A stretch of 32,000 bases of DNA, from positions 1,410,001 through 1,442,000 of the forward strand of contig NC_000964.3 of assembly GCF_000009045.1 (NCBI RefSeq), written 5' to 3'. Of this stretch, positions 9,213 to 21,026 are shown in pieces. This DNA is from Bacillus subtilis subsp. subtilis str. 168. Its GTDB lineage: Bacteria; Bacillota; Bacilli; Bacillales; Bacillaceae. The translations under genes and the position numbers were made by a program. How positions within the stretch are numbered: position 1 is the stretch's first letter; every line of letters starts with the position of its first letter. The notes under the pieces were generated by a model. It saw nothing but the letters and a program-made list of their open reading frames with translations. It searched no databases and was not told the DNA's origin.

Positions 9213-11429
9213 ATGGAAACTCTTGGTGTCCAGACAAACTCGGAGCTGCGAGAGGAACTGAATCGCCTCAAAGAAGAAAACGCGCGACTGAAAAAGGAAT
9301 TGAATCAGCATCAAGTGATTGTCAACAATACGCTCGATGCTATTTTTATTTGTGATAACGAAATGCGGATTGTTCAGGCAAATGAAGCAACAGAAAGGAT
9401 GCTTCAAGTTGACTCGGAAGATTTGAAAAAGCGTTCTGTTTTGGATTTTTTGTTTTCAATCCCAAAGGATGAACTGAATCTTTCCGTAAAGAAGTTTTTT
9501 AAAAAAGGCTTTCTGTGGAAGGAGGTTCCGATCAGGCTTGATTGCGGGGCAACAAAATACATAGAGTTTCTGGCCAAAAGAGGTATTGGTGAGGATTTCT
9601 TTTTTGTTGTCATGAGGGACATATCTTCTAAGAAGATTCTGGAGCGGGAATTCTCTATGAATGAACAGCTTTTTAAGGACTTGTTTGACAGAGCAGTTGA
9701 CGGAATCGTCCTGTTTGATAAAGATGGCGGTTTTATTGATGCAAATTTGTCCTTTTGTAAAAGCTTTGAAATCAATCATAATGAGCTGTCTCATTTATCT
9801 TTGTATGAGTTCATAGACAGCGGCTCACGAAAAGATTTCGACAATATCTGGAAGGCGCTCAACCGCAAGGGAAAAGCGAAGGGGGAGCTGCCTGTCAAGC
9901 TTCGTTCAGGAGTTCAAAAACTATTTGAATTCACGATTACATCAAACATCATCAGCGGTTTTTATATGTCCATTATGAGGGATATCACAGAGAAGCGGTC
10001 TATGGAGCTGCAGCTCTTTAAAAGTGAGGAGCGCTTCAGAGAAATCTTTGAAAATGCAATGGACGCCATCATCATCTGGTCGAATGACGGAAGAATCGTA
10101 AAAGCGAATCAATCAGCCTGTAAAATTTTTGAGCTGCCGATGAATTTGCTGTTGAAAAGAAAGCTGTGTGATTTTCTCGTTGACTCGCAGCAGAAATACA
10201 GCATAACGAAGAGGAAATACGCAAAATACGGAGAGATCAGAGAAGAGCTGCTGTTTCAAATGGGGAACGGCCAATTCAAAGAGCTTGAATTTACTTCAAA
10301 ACGGACAATCCTTGAAAATCAGCATTTGACGATCTTAAGAAATGTAAGCGACAGAAAGCGGATGGAAAAGGAGCTTCGGGAAAGCGAGCTGAAATTCAGA
10401 AAAGTGTTCAACGGATCAATGGACGGCAATGTATTGTTCGACAATCAATACAGGATCATCGACGCCAACCCGTTAGCAAGCCATATTTTGGGCCTGTCAC
10501 ATGAAGAGATCAAACAGCACAGCCTGTTAGATATTATTTCTGCTTATGAAATAGAAAATTTGGCATCACCGGCAAGGCAGATTAATTTTGATGAAATGGA
10601 CAACGAAATTCCATTTTTGCTGAGCAGCGGTGATAACAGAAAACTCGAATTCTCATTTAAACGGAATATTATTCAAAATATGAACTTGGCTATCTTTAAA
10701 GACGTAACAGAGCGAAAAGAATTGGAGGAGCGCCTGCGCAAATCAGATACCCTTCATGTTGTCGGCGAACTCGCAGCCGGTATTGCTCATGAAATCAGAA
10801 ATCCGATGACTGCTCTTAAAGGCTTCATTCAGCTTCTGAAAGGGAGTGTCGAGGGAGACTACGCCCTTTACTTCAACGTGATCACCTCAGAACTAAAGCG
10901 CATCGAATCCATCATCACCGAATTCTTGATTTTAGCCAAGCCCCAGGCCATTATGTATGAGGAAAAACATGTTACCCAAATTATGAGGGACACGATAGAC
11001 CTTCTAAATGCGCAAGCCAATCTCAGCAATGTACAAATGCAACTTGATTTAATTGACGACATTCCCCCGATTTACTGTGAACCGAATCAGCTGAAACAGG
11101 TTTTTATCAATATATTAAAAAACGCCATCGAAGTGATGCCTGACGGCGGAAATATTTTTGTAACGATAAAGGCATTGGATCAAGATCATGTTCTAATCTC
11201 CTTAAAAGACGAGGGAATCGGAATGACAGAAGATAAATTAAAGCGACTTGGTGAACCGTTTTATACGACAAAGGAACGGGGAACTGGACTTGGGCTTATG
11301 GTAAGCTATAAAATTATTGAAGAACATCAAGGCGAGATTATGGTAGAAAGTGAAGAAGGGAAGGGCACCGTTTTCCATATTACGCTTCCTGTCAGACAGA
11401 ATGCTGAAGAAAGAAGGAATGATGAATGA
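9213..11429 (+). CDS. kinE: Soluble multi-PAS sporulation sensor histidine kinase KinE
   Basis: Tandem PAS domains, then GELAAGIAHEIRNPMTALKGFIQLL (H-box) and ATPase motifs (KEAIEVMPDGGNI, DEGIGMTEDKL, GTGLGLMVSYKII). Start ATG at 9213 with RBS 'AAGGAGTG', giving 738 aa. Confidence 0.94.
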   Translation: METLGVQTNSELREELNRLKEENARLKKELNQHQVIVNNTLDAIFICDNEMRIVQANEATERMLQVDSEDLKKRSVLDFLFSIPKDELNLSVKKFFKKGFLWKEVPIRLDCGATKYIEFLAKRGIGEDFFFVVMRDISSKKILEREFSMNEQLFKDLFDRAVDGIVLFDKDGGFIDANLSFCKSFEINHNELSHLSLYEFIDSGSRKDFDNIWKALNRKGKAKGELPVKLRSGVQKLFEFTITSNIISGFYMSIMRDITEKRSMELQLFKSEERFREIFENAMDAIIIWSNDGRIVKANQSACKIFELPMNLLLKRKLCDFLVDSQQKYSITKRKYAKYGEIREELLFQMGNGQFKELEFTSKRTILENQHLTILRNVSDRKRMEKELRESELKFRKVFNGSMDGNVLFDNQYRIIDANPLASHILGLSHEEIKQHSLLDIISAYEIENLASPARQINFDEMDNEIPFLLSSGDNRKLEFSFKRNIIQNMNLAIFKDVTERKELEERLRKSDTLHVVGELAAGIAHEIRNPMTALKGFIQLLKGSVEGDYALYFNVITSELKRIESIITEFLILAKPQAIMYEEKHVTQIMRDTIDLLNAQANLSNVQMQLDLIDDIPPIYCEPNQLKQVFINILKNAIEVMPDGGNIFVTIKALDQDHVLISLKDEGIGMTEDKLKRLGEPFYTTKERGTGLGLMVSYKIIEEHQGEIMVESEEGKGTVFHITLPVRQNAEERRNDE

Positions 11430-11923
11430 ACTACTATACGACAGCCGAAACGCCGCTCGGTGAACTTATCATTGCCGAAGAGGAGGACCGGATCACTCGT
11501 CTATTTCTCAGTCAGGAAGATTGGGTGGATTGGAAAGAAACGGTTCAGAATACTGAGCATAAGGAAACACCTAATCTTGCAGAAGCGAAACAACAGCTTC
11601 AAGAATATTTCGCAGGCGAAAGGAAGACATTCTCCCTGCCGCTCAGCCAAAAGGGCACTCCTTTTCAGCAAAAAGTGTGGCAAGCGCTGGAGAGGATTCC
11701 ATATGGCGAATCCCGAAGCTATGCGGATATTGCCGCTGCTGTCGGCAGTCCGAAAGCGGTGCGCGCTGTCGGGCAGGCTAATAAACGTAACGACCTGCCG
11801 ATTTTTGTCCCGTGCCACAGAGTGATCGGCAAAAACAGTGCGTTAACAGGATACGCCGGAAGCAAAACGGAGATCAAAGCATTTTTGCTAAACATCGAGC
11901 GAATCTCCTATAAAGAAAAATAA
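11426..11923 (+). CDS. ogt: O6-methylguanine-DNA methyltransferase (constitutive Ogt type)
   Basis: Active-site motif PIFVPCHRVIG. ATGA overlap with kinE. Confidence 0.93.
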   Translation: MNYYTTAETPLGELIIAEEEDRITRLFLSQEDWVDWKETVQNTEHKETPNLAEAKQQLQEYFAGERKTFSLPLSQKGTPFQQKVWQALERIPYGESRSYADIAAAVGSPKAVRAVGQANKRNDLPIFVPCHRVIGKNSALTGYAGSKTEIKAFLLNIERISYKEK

Positions 11924-12012
11924 AACATATGGCACGTTCCCTTTTTTCACGGCCGACATATCATTTTATTAAGTTAAAAAAGTTGGTCTGATGAAAAAGG
12001 AGGACAAAGCAA

Positions 12013-12138
12013 TTGAAGCCGAGCCGCTCTGAGAAACTTGCCGTTTTTGCCGAACTGTTTGTGAAACTGCATATCTTATCAAGCGCTCAAAAAGATGAAA
12101 TCATCAATGTTAACAAAAAGAAACAAAAAAACCGCTGA
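12013..12138 (+). CDS. Candidate small protein, 41 aa, TTG start (MKPSRSEKLAVFAELFVKLHILSSAQKDEIINVNKKKQKNR)
   Basis: 'AAAAAGGAGGACAAAGCAA' RBS ahead of the TTG. The ORF ends inside the following terminator hairpin. Confidence 0.45.
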   Translation: MKPSRSEKLAVFAELFVKLHILSSAQKDEIINVNKKKQKNR

Positions 12139-12173
12139 CTCGGCTCCAAATGAGCAAAGTCCAGCGGTTTTTT
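12126..12173. terminator. Bidirectional terminator between the small ORF and mtnA
   Basis: AAAAAACCGCTG...CAGCGGTTTTTT symmetric stem with A-run and T-run. Confidence 0.8.
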
Positions 12174-13233
12174 AATGCACCTTTTCTCCTTTAAACAGCT
12201 GTTCAATCTCTTCTTCATAGTTTCCGGTCATAATCCCTTTTTCTGTGATGATTCCTGAAATGAGATCATGAGGTGTAATGTCGAAAGCGGGATTAAAGAC
12301 AGGCACATTGGATGGAGCGGTCCGAACTCCGGAAATCTGCCTGACTTCCTCGGGATCTCGTTCCTCTATCGGGATATCAGCGCCGCATTTGACCTTTGTA
12401 TCAAATGTAGATAAAGGTGCGGCGACAAAAAACGGAATATCAAAGGCGTTTGCTAAAATAGCAAGACCGTATGTGCCGATTTTATTTGCCGTATCACCGT
12501 TCTTTGCAATTCGGTCGGCTCCGACGATAACAGCGGAAATTTGTTTTTCCTTCATCGTATGGGCGGCCATGCTGTCTGTGATCAGAGTGACATCAATGCC
12601 CCCCTGCATCAGCTCCCAAGCAGTAAGGCGTGAACCTTGCAGGACAGGCCTTGTTTCACAGGCATAAATGTGTAATCCCAAATCTTTTTGTTTGGCCAAG
12701 TAAAACGGAGCTAGCGCCGTTCCATAGCGGCTTGTCGCGATTGAGCCGGCATTGCAGATCGTCATGATCCTGTCGCCTTTTTTGAAAAGCTGCAGGGCGT
12801 TTTGGCCGATCAACCGGCACGTTTCCTCATCCTCGACCTGAATCTGAATGGCTTCATGGACAAGGTTTGTTTTTGCTTCATTTACGGAAATCGCGTTTTC
12901 GACCGAATGACTCAGTCTCTCAAGCGCCCATGACAAATTAATGGCGGTAGGCCGTGAGCTGTTTAAATATTGTTTGATGTCTTCCAGTCTGCGGCGGAAT
13001 TCCGTGACATTGTCTGTTTCAATGTCTTTGGCAGCAAGCGCCAGTCCGAAGGCAGCTGTAATGCCGATCGCCGGAGCGCCCCTTACTTTGAGCGTGACAA
13101 TCGCATCAAATACATCCTCTTTCGTCGTCAGCTCCAAATATTCCGTCTCATCAGGAAGCTTTTGCTGATTTAAAATGGTAATAGCTGTTTCTTTCCATTC
13201 AACAGAACGTGGAACAGCAAATGAATGGGTCAT
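12172..13233 (-). CDS. mtnA: 5-methylthioribose-1-phosphate isomerase
   Basis: eIF2B-like/MtnA signatures ([74 protein letters not shown]). Confidence 0.96.
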
Positions 13234-13240
13234 GAATAGA

Positions 13241-14449
<1,209 letters not shown>

Positions 14450-14477
14450 TTATGTAATTAATTAATATGTGGCCGTA

Positions 14478-14683
14478 AAAAAGCCTCCTTCTCAGAGAGA
14501 AGGAGGCTTAACATCTATGTCCGCCTCTCTTATCTCTCAGATCAGATCTGAATGGAATTAGCACCGTGCCTTAAGAGACCAGCGTCTCGGCGCGAAAAAA
14601 ATGCGCCCCATTTCACAATGGAATTACGGTCGGTTGCTTTTGGGGTCAAAAGGCCAAATCCCTCGCCCAACTCTCGATAAGAG
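14478..14683 (-). promoter_or_regulatory. SAM-I riboswitch (S-box) with terminator upstream of mtnKA
   Basis: Minus strand: CTCTTATCGAGAGTTGGGCGAGGGA...GGCACGGTGCTAATTCCATTCAG...GAGAGATAAGAG, then terminator AAGCCTCCTTCTCTCTGAGAAGGAGGCTT. Confidence 0.96.
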
Positions 14684-14766
14684 AATATATTCACTTGTTT
14701 GACAATTCTAATTTATCAGTTGATGAACATGGTAACAGGTAATTTAGTTAGTTGTCAATATATTTT

Positions 14767-15546
14767 TTAATATAAATCTTTTCTGATATCATCGAAAACA
14801 GGAATGCTCTCCCGAACTTCTGCGCTTTCTTGAAGGTCGATTTCCGCTCGGACTATGCCTTCTTCCCGGCCGCCTTCAGCAAGTACACGTCCCCATGGAT
14901 CAATAATCAGGCTATGTCCTGCAAATTCATTATCCGGATTTGAACCGGTACAATTGCAGGCTGCGACAAAGCATTGGTTTTCAATGGCCCGCGCAATAAG
15001 CAGGCTTTTCCAATGATCAAGGCGGGGAAGAGGCCATTCCGCAGAAATAAACAGCACGTTGGCGCCTTTTGTCGTATGTTTTCTGATCCATTCCGGAAAA
15101 CGGATATCGTAACAGATCAATCCAGAGCTTTTGACGCCGTCAAGCTCAAAGTATCCGTCTTCGGAACCGGCTGATAAATACAGATGCTCATCCATCAGCT
15201 GAAAAAGATGGGCTTTTCTGTACTCTTTAATGATTTGCCCTTCCTTATCCGCGATGTACATTGTATTATAAACATCAGAATTCTTCCTGACAGCGACCGA
15301 TCCGGCGACAATATGAACACCATGTTTTTTTGCCGTTTTCTTCAGCCAGCTCTGAGCGGAGCGGCCGTCTTCGTCAGCGAGTTCATCAAGATTGGCCAGA
15401 TCATATCCGGTCGTCCATAATTCAGGCAGAACAAGAACATCAGCATGTTTGCTTTCTTTTTCGATGAAAAATTCAGCCTTTTTTATATTTTCCGAAGGTT
15501 TTCCGTATGAAATATCAAATTGAAGACAAGATATCGTCCATTTCAT
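14767..15546 (-). CDS. mtnU: Carbon-nitrogen hydrolase (omega-amidase type), methionine salvage associated
   Basis: Nitrilase-family catalytic signatures (ELWTTGYD, GLICYDIRFPEWIR). Neighbours mtnKA and the transaminase gene. Confidence 0.9.
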   Translation of the reverse strand: MKWTISCLQFDISYGKPSENIKKAEFFIEKESKHADVLVLPELWTTGYDLANLDELADEDGRSAQSWLKKTAKKHGVHIVAGSVAVRKNSDVYNTMYIADKEGQIIKEYRKAHLFQLMDEHLYLSAGSEDGYFELDGVKSSGLICYDIRFPEWIRKHTTKGANVLFISAEWPLPRLDHWKSLLIARAIENQCFVAACNCTGSNPDNEFAGHSLIIDPWGRVLAEGGREEGIVRAEIDLQESAEVRESIPVFDDIRKDLY

Positions 15547-15640
15547 CTTTTTAACACCCCAAATTTTTCTTTACTTTTTTCATTTAACCATATATGATGA
15601 TGGACTATCATTTCAAGATTTTTTTAGAAGGTGAGAATAG

Positions 15641-16837
15641 ATGAAATTTGAACAGTCTCATGTATTGAAGGAATTGCCTAAACAATTCTTCGCTTCTCTG
15701 GTGCAGAAAGTGAACCGAAAGCTTGCAGAAGGACATGACGTTATCAATCTGGGACAGGGAAATCCAGATCAGCCGACTCCTGAGCATATTGTTGAGGAGA
15801 TGAAACGAGCTGTCGCTGATCCTGAGAATCATAAATATTCGTCTTTTCGCGGCTCATACCGTCTGAAGTCAGCGGCTGCTGCATTTTACAAAAGAGAATA
15901 CGGCATTGATCTGGATCCGGAAACCGAAGTCGCTGTATTATTCGGCGGAAAAGCCGGTCTAGTCGAGCTCCCGCAATGCTTGTTGAATCCCGGTGATACG
16001 ATTTTAGTTCCCGATCCGGGTTATCCTGATTACTGGTCGGGTGTCACACTTGCAAAAGCAAAGATGGAAATGATGCCGCTCGTAAAGGACAGAGCGTTTC
16101 TCCCTGATTACAGCAGCATAACCGCTGAAATAAGGGAACAGGCGAAATTGATGTATTTGAATTATCCGAATAATCCGACTGGAGCTGTTGCTACTTCCGA
16201 GTTCTTTGAAGATACCGTGCGTTTTGCGGCTGAAAACGGAATCTGCGTCGTTCACGATTTTGCTTACGGCGCTGTAGGATTTGACGGCTGCAAGCCTTTA
16301 AGCTTTTTGCAGACTGAAGGTGCGAAGGATATCGGAATTGAAATTTACACGCTGTCAAAAACGTATAATATGGCAGGATGGCGGGTTGGCTTTGCCGTCG
16401 GAAACGCTTCGGTCATTGAAGCGATCAATCTTTATCAAGACCATATGTTTGTCAGTCTTTTCAGAGCGACTCAGGAGGCTGCAGCAGAGGCACTGTTAGC
16501 CGATCAGACGTGTGTGGCAGAGCAAAATGCCAGGTATGAGAGCAGGAGAAACGCTTGGATCACGGCATGCCGGGAAATCGGCTGGGATGTAACAGCTCCC
16601 GCAGGTTCTTTTTTTGCATGGCTGCCTGTGCCTGAAGGCTATACTTCTGAGCAGTTCTCAGATCTTTTGCTGGAAAAAGCGAATGTGGCAGTTGCGGCTG
16701 GAAACGGCTTCGGTGAATATGGCGAGGGCTACGTCAGAGTCGGACTTTTAACAAGTGAAGAAAGACTTAAGGAAGCCGCTTATCGAATTGGCAAACTGAA
16801 CCTGTTTACCCAAAAAAGCATTGACAAGACCTTATAA
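15641..16837 (+). CDS. mtnE: PLP-dependent aminotransferase of methionine salvage
   Basis: Class I aminotransferase: NLGQGNPDQPTP, YPNNPTGAVA, YTLSKTYNMAGWRVGFAVG. Also known as ykrV. Confidence 0.93.
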   Translation: MKFEQSHVLKELPKQFFASLVQKVNRKLAEGHDVINLGQGNPDQPTPEHIVEEMKRAVADPENHKYSSFRGSYRLKSAAAAFYKREYGIDLDPETEVAVLFGGKAGLVELPQCLLNPGDTILVPDPGYPDYWSGVTLAKAKMEMMPLVKDRAFLPDYSSITAEIREQAKLMYLNYPNNPTGAVATSEFFEDTVRFAAENGICVVHDFAYGAVGFDGCKPLSFLQTEGAKDIGIEIYTLSKTYNMAGWRVGFAVGNASVIEAINLYQDHMFVSLFRATQEAAAEALLADQTCVAEQNARYESRRNAWITACREIGWDVTAPAGSFFAWLPVPEGYTSEQFSDLLLEKANVAVAAGNGFGEYGEGYVRVGLLTSEERLKEAAYRIGKLNLFTQKSIDKTL

Positions 16838-16875
16838 CGATGGGATAATTCAAAATAATTTATAAAATCTATATT

Positions 16876-17030
16876 TTCTTATCAAGAGCAGGCAGAGGGA
16901 CGAGCCCGATGAAGCCCGGCAACCGACTTATAAAGCACGGTGCTAATTCTTGCAGCTAGCGGCTGAGAGATAAGATTCGGACGAGAAACGAAACCTCTTT
17001 AGACGCGATTGCAGTTTGAAGAGGTTTTTT
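16876..17030 (+). promoter_or_regulatory. SAM-I riboswitch (S-box) with terminator upstream of mtnWXBD
   Basis: TCTTATCAAGAGCAGGCAGAGGGACGAGCCCGATGAAGCCCGGCAACCGAC...GCACGGTGCTAATTCTTGCAG...GAGAGATAAGA, then terminator AAACCTCTT...AAGAGGTTTTTT. Confidence 0.97.
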
Positions 17031-17060
17031 GATATGGATGAAAATGAAAGGAGCTCTGGC

Positions 17061-18278
17061 ATGAGTGAGTTATTAGCGACATATCTCCTGACCGAACCGG
17101 GAGCCGATACAGAGAAGAAAGCAGAACAAATCGCAACAGGATTGACAGTAGGCTCCTGGACTGATCTGCCCCTTGTAAAACAGGAGCAAATGCAAAAGCA
17201 CAAGGGGCGGGTGATAAAAGTTGAGGAGAGAGAGGGAACTGCTGCATCAGAAAAACAAGCGGTCATCACAATTGCCTATCCTGAAATCAATTTCTCTCAG
17301 GATATTCCGGCTTTGCTGACAACAGTGTTTGGCAAGCTGTCCCTGGACGGAAAAATCAAATTAATCGATCTTCACTTCTCTGAAGCATTTAAGCGTGCAC
17401 TGCCGGGACCGAAGTTTGGCGTATACGGCATCCGGAAGCTGCTGGGAGAGTTTGAGAGACCGCTGTTAATGAGCATATTTAAAGGCGTAATCGGAAGGGA
17501 CCTGAGTGATATTAAAGAACAGCTCCGGCAGCAGGCGCTTGGCGGAGTTGACTTGATTAAAGACGATGAAATTTTCTTTGAGACTGGTCTAGCGCCTTTT
17601 GAAACAAGAATTGCAGAAGGAAAGCAAATATTGAAAGAAACGTATGAACAAACCGGACATAAAACGCTGTATGCGGTGAATTTGACCGGACGTACGGCTG
17701 ATCTGAAAGACAAAGCGAGACGCGCCGCCGAATTGGGAGCGGATGCGCTTTTGTTTAATGTCTTCGCTTACGGCTTGGACGTTATGCAAGGCCTTGCAGA
17801 AGATCCTGAAATCCCAGTTCCGATTATGGCGCATCCAGCAGTGAGCGGAGCGTTTACGTCTTCTCCGTTTTACGGTTTTTCTCACGCTCTTTTACTCGGA
17901 AAATTAAACCGATATTGCGGTGCTGACTTCAGCCTCTTTCCGTCTCCATATGGTTCGGTTGCGCTTCCAAGAGCAGATGCACTGGCGATTCATGAAGAAT
18001 GTGTGAGAGAGGATGCTTTTAACCAAACATTTGCTGTTCCGTCAGCAGGCATTCATCCCGGCATGGTTCCGCTATTAATGCGTGATTTCGGCATAGACCA
18101 CATTATTAACGCCGGAGGAGGCGTACATGGACATCCGAACGGTGCCCAAGGCGGGGGGCGAGCGTTCAGAGCTATTATTGATGCGGTCCTAGAGGCCCAG
18201 CCGATTGATGAAAAAGCCGAACAATGCAAGGATCTTAAGCTTGCGCTAGATAAATGGGGAAAGGCTGAAGCCGTATGA
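17061..18278 (+). CDS. mtnW: 2,3-diketo-5-methylthiopentyl-1-phosphate enolase (RuBisCO-like protein)
   Basis: RuBisCO-like sequence ([54 protein letters not shown]). 'GAAAGGAG' precedes the ATG at 17061. An in-frame ATG at 17034 is an alternative start, but it sits right after the riboswitch terminator. Confidence 0.93.
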
Positions 18279-18982
18279 CGACTCGAAAACCTTTTATTAT
18301 TTGTGATTTTGACGGAACAATCACGATGAACGACAACATTATAAATATCATGAAAACATTTGCTCCCCCAGAGTGGATGGCATTAAAAGACGGCGTACTT
18401 TCCAAAACGCTGTCAATCAAGGAAGGTGTCGGGCGGATGTTCGGCCTTCTGCCCAGCAGTTTAAAAGAAGAGATTACAAGTTTTGTATTGGAAGATGCAA
18501 AAATCAGGGAAGGCTTTCGGGAATTTGTAGCATTTATCAATGAGCACGAGATTCCGTTTTATGTCATAAGCGGTGGAATGGACTTTTTTGTATATCCTTT
18601 GCTTGAAGGCATTGTGGAGAAAGACCGCATTTATTGCAACCATGCTTCATTTGACAATGACTATATCCATATTGACTGGCCTCATTCCTGCAAGGGCACA
18701 TGCAGCAATCAATGCGGGTGCTGTAAGCCGTCGGTCATCCATGAACTTTCTGAACCGAACCAATATATCATCATGATCGGTGATTCGGTTACAGATGTGG
18801 AGGCAGCAAAGCTGTCTGACCTATGCTTTGCAAGGGATTATTTATTAAACGAATGCCGGGAGCAAAACCTCAATCATCTTCCGTATCAAGATTTTTATGA
18901 GATCAGAAAGGAAATTGAGAATGTAAAGGAGGTACAGGAATGGCTGCAAAACAAGAACGCTGGCGAGAGCTCGCTGAAGTAA
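18275..18982 (+). CDS. mtnX: 2-hydroxy-3-keto-5-methylthiopentenyl-1-phosphate phosphatase
   Basis: HAD motif [23 protein letters not shown]. Overlaps mtnW by 4 nt. Confidence 0.95.
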
Positions 18983-19569
18983 AACGGGAATTGGCAGAGA
19001 GAGATTGGTTTCCGGCGACTAGCGGCAATCTGTCAATTAAGGTTACAGATGAGCCTTTAACATTTCTCGTCACTGCAAGCGGAAAAGATAAACGCAAAGA
19101 GACGGTTGAAGATTTTCTGCTGGTCGATCAAAACGGAGAGCCTGCTGAAAGCGGGCATTCTCTGAAACCGTCAGCAGAAACGCTTTTGCATACACATTTG
19201 TACAATAAAACCAATGCCGGATGCTGCCTGCATGTCCATACGGTAAACAATAATGTGATTTCAGAGTTATACGGAGACCAAAAGAAAATCACATTCAAAG
19301 GCCAGGAAATTATAAAAGCACTCGGCTTGTGGGAAGAGAACGCAGAAGTGACCGTTCCGATTATAGAAAATCCGGCACATATCCCGACGCTAGCGGCACT
19401 GTTTGCGGAAGAGATTTCAGAAGATTCAGGAGCTGTTCTGATCCGAAATCATGGTATTACGGCTTGGGGGAAAACAGCATTTGAGGCAAAAAGAGTGCTT
19501 GAAGCGTATGAATTTTTGTTCAGCTACCATTTGAAATTGAAAACACTCGAGCATCAGCTGGTTAAATAA
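18940..19569 (+). CDS. mtnB: Methylthioribulose-1-phosphate dehydratase
   Basis: Class II aldolase family: [29 protein letters not shown]. Preceded by 'AAAGGAGGTAC'. Confidence 0.95.
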
Positions 19570-19583
19570 AAGGAGGAATTGAA

Positions 19584-20120
19584 ATGGCTACAATTCGAAT
19601 TCATGATGAGGCAAATACAACGATTGAAAATCAAGAGGAAGTGGCAAGCTTTCTGGACAGTCAAGAGGTTATTTATGAGCAATGGGATATCACGAGGCTT
19701 CCGGAACATCTCTCAGAGAAATATGACCTGACAGAAGAAGAAAAACAGCAAATTCTTGATACCTTCGAAACTGAAATTAAAGATATCTCAACCCGCCGCG
19801 GCTATAAAGCACAGGATGTTATTTCATTGTCAGACAGCAATCCGAAACTTGATGAACTGCTTGAAAACTTTAAAAGAGAGCATCACCATACAGACGATGA
19901 GGTTCGTTTTATTGTAAGCGGACACGGTATTTTTGTCATTCAAGGCCAGGACGGCACGTTTTTTGATGTCCGTTTAAACCCTGGAGATTTAATCTCCGTG
20001 CCTGAGAATATCCGCCATTACTTCACGCTTCAGGAGGACCGCAAAGTTGTCGCGGTGAGAATTTTTGTCACAACTGAAGGCTGGGTTCCTATTTATGAAA
20101 AAGACAGCGTGAATCAATAA
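19584..20120 (+). CDS. mtnD: Acireductone dioxygenase (ARD family cupin)
   Basis: HHHTDDEVRFIVSGHGIFVIQ and PGDLISVPENIRHYF cupin motifs. RBS 'AAAGGAGG'. Confidence 0.96.
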   Translation: MATIRIHDEANTTIENQEEVASFLDSQEVIYEQWDITRLPEHLSEKYDLTEEEKQQILDTFETEIKDISTRRGYKAQDVISLSDSNPKLDELLENFKREHHHTDDEVRFIVSGHGIFVIQGQDGTFFDVRLNPGDLISVPENIRHYFTLQEDRKVVAVRIFVTTEGWVPIYEKDSVNQ

Positions 20121-20126
20121 GCGTGA

Positions 20127-20158
20127 GATAGCCCCGTTCATCGAACGGGGCTTTTTAT
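20127..20158 (+). terminator. Terminator of the mtnWXBD operon
   Basis: AGCCCCGTTCATCGAACGGGGCTTTTTAT. Confidence 0.9.
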
Positions 20159-20160
20159 AT

Positions 20161-20481
20161 TTATTGCAAACGCCACTTTTCATATTGTGACAGTTCTTTT
20201 TTAATCAGTGTCCAAATCAAACCTAAAACAGCTGCATCGTCAATGAATCCAAGACCGAGGATTACGTCTGGAATGATATCGAGCGGCATGACGATATACA
20301 GGATTGCGGCAGTTAACAGCAAAAGTGTTTTAACCTGTGAACGAGGGTAGTCGCCATTTCGCCAATCGCGAAGCATCTGAAAAAAAGTAGTGATGTGCTG
20401 GATACATTTTTTTCGGTTTTTCCTCTTTAAAATCGCTTTTCCGCCTGCCGCTCCGAGCATTATTGCTTTCTTTTTCTTCAT
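20161..20481 (-). CDS. ykvA: DUF1232 family small membrane protein YkvA
   Basis: DUF1232-type core 'RSQVKTLLLLTAAILYIVMPLDIIPDVILGLGFIDDAAVLGLIW'. Start at ATG 20481 with 'CAGGAGGTATGCCC' upstream. Confidence 0.88.
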   Translation of the reverse strand: MKKKKAIMLGAAGGKAILKRKNRKKCIQHITTFFQMLRDWRNGDYPRSQVKTLLLLTAAILYIVMPLDIIPDVILGLGFIDDAAVLGLIWTLIKKELSQYEKWRLQ

Positions 20482-20683
20482 TGGGCATACCTCCTGCCTG
20501 GCGGCGTGTTTAAGATATTCTTCACCTGGGTATTGTTCTTCTAATCCTATCAATATATCTATTATACCTGAAAAATTAACTTATTTAATGAAAATATGTT
20601 TACAAATAAAGTATAATCTGTAATAATGCACAATAACCCAATCAAACTTGTTTCCTATTTCTTAGCGGCGAGGGGTGAAGTGA

Positions 20684-20941
20684 ATGGGCGGTTCTTCTGA
20701 ACAAGAAAGATTGTTGGTGTCTATTGATGAAAAAAGAAAGTTAATGATAGATGCCGCTAGAAAGCAGGGATTTACAGGGCATGACACGATCAGGCACAGT
20801 CAGGAGCTGGATTGTTTAATAAATGAATATCATCAGCTTATGCAAGAAAACGAACATTCCCAAGGGATTCAAGGCCTTGTAAAGAAATTAGGCTTGTGGC
20901 CCCGCAGAGATGTTATGCCAGCATATGATGCAAATAAATAG
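20684..20941 (+). CDS. spo0E: Spo0A-P phosphatase Spo0E
   Basis: Spo0E-family motif SQELDCLINEYHQLM, 85 aa, RBS 'GAGGGGTGAAGTGA'. Confidence 0.95.
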   Translation: MGGSSEQERLLVSIDEKRKLMIDAARKQGFTGHDTIRHSQELDCLINEYHQLMQENEHSQGIQGLVKKLGLWPRRDVMPAYDANK

Positions 20942-20964
20942 CGGCCTATCAGATGCATATATAA

Positions 20965-20997
20965 AGAGAGAGCTTTTCGGAAGCGCTCTTTTTTTCT
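20965..20997 (+). terminator. Terminator after spo0E
   Basis: AGAGAGAGCTTTTCGGAAGCGCTCTTTTTTT. Confidence 0.8.
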
Positions 20998-21026
20998 GGA
21001 AAAAATTCATATGAAAGAGGGAACTA

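Noticed and set aside
11460-11825. 121-aa plus-strand ORF overlapping ogt in another frame
   Set aside because: Fully inside ogt, which has the diagnostic PCHRV active site; no independent RBS or family match.
17016-17060. Upstream extension of mtnW ([15 protein letters not shown])
   Set aside because: The listed TTG start lies within the SAM riboswitch terminator; the ATG at 17061 has the best RBS, though the ATG at 17034 cannot be fully excluded.
20390-20623. 77-aa plus-strand ORF opposite ykvA
   Set aside because: Antisense to ykvA and its 5' region; composition matches the complement of the KKKKK-rich N-terminus.
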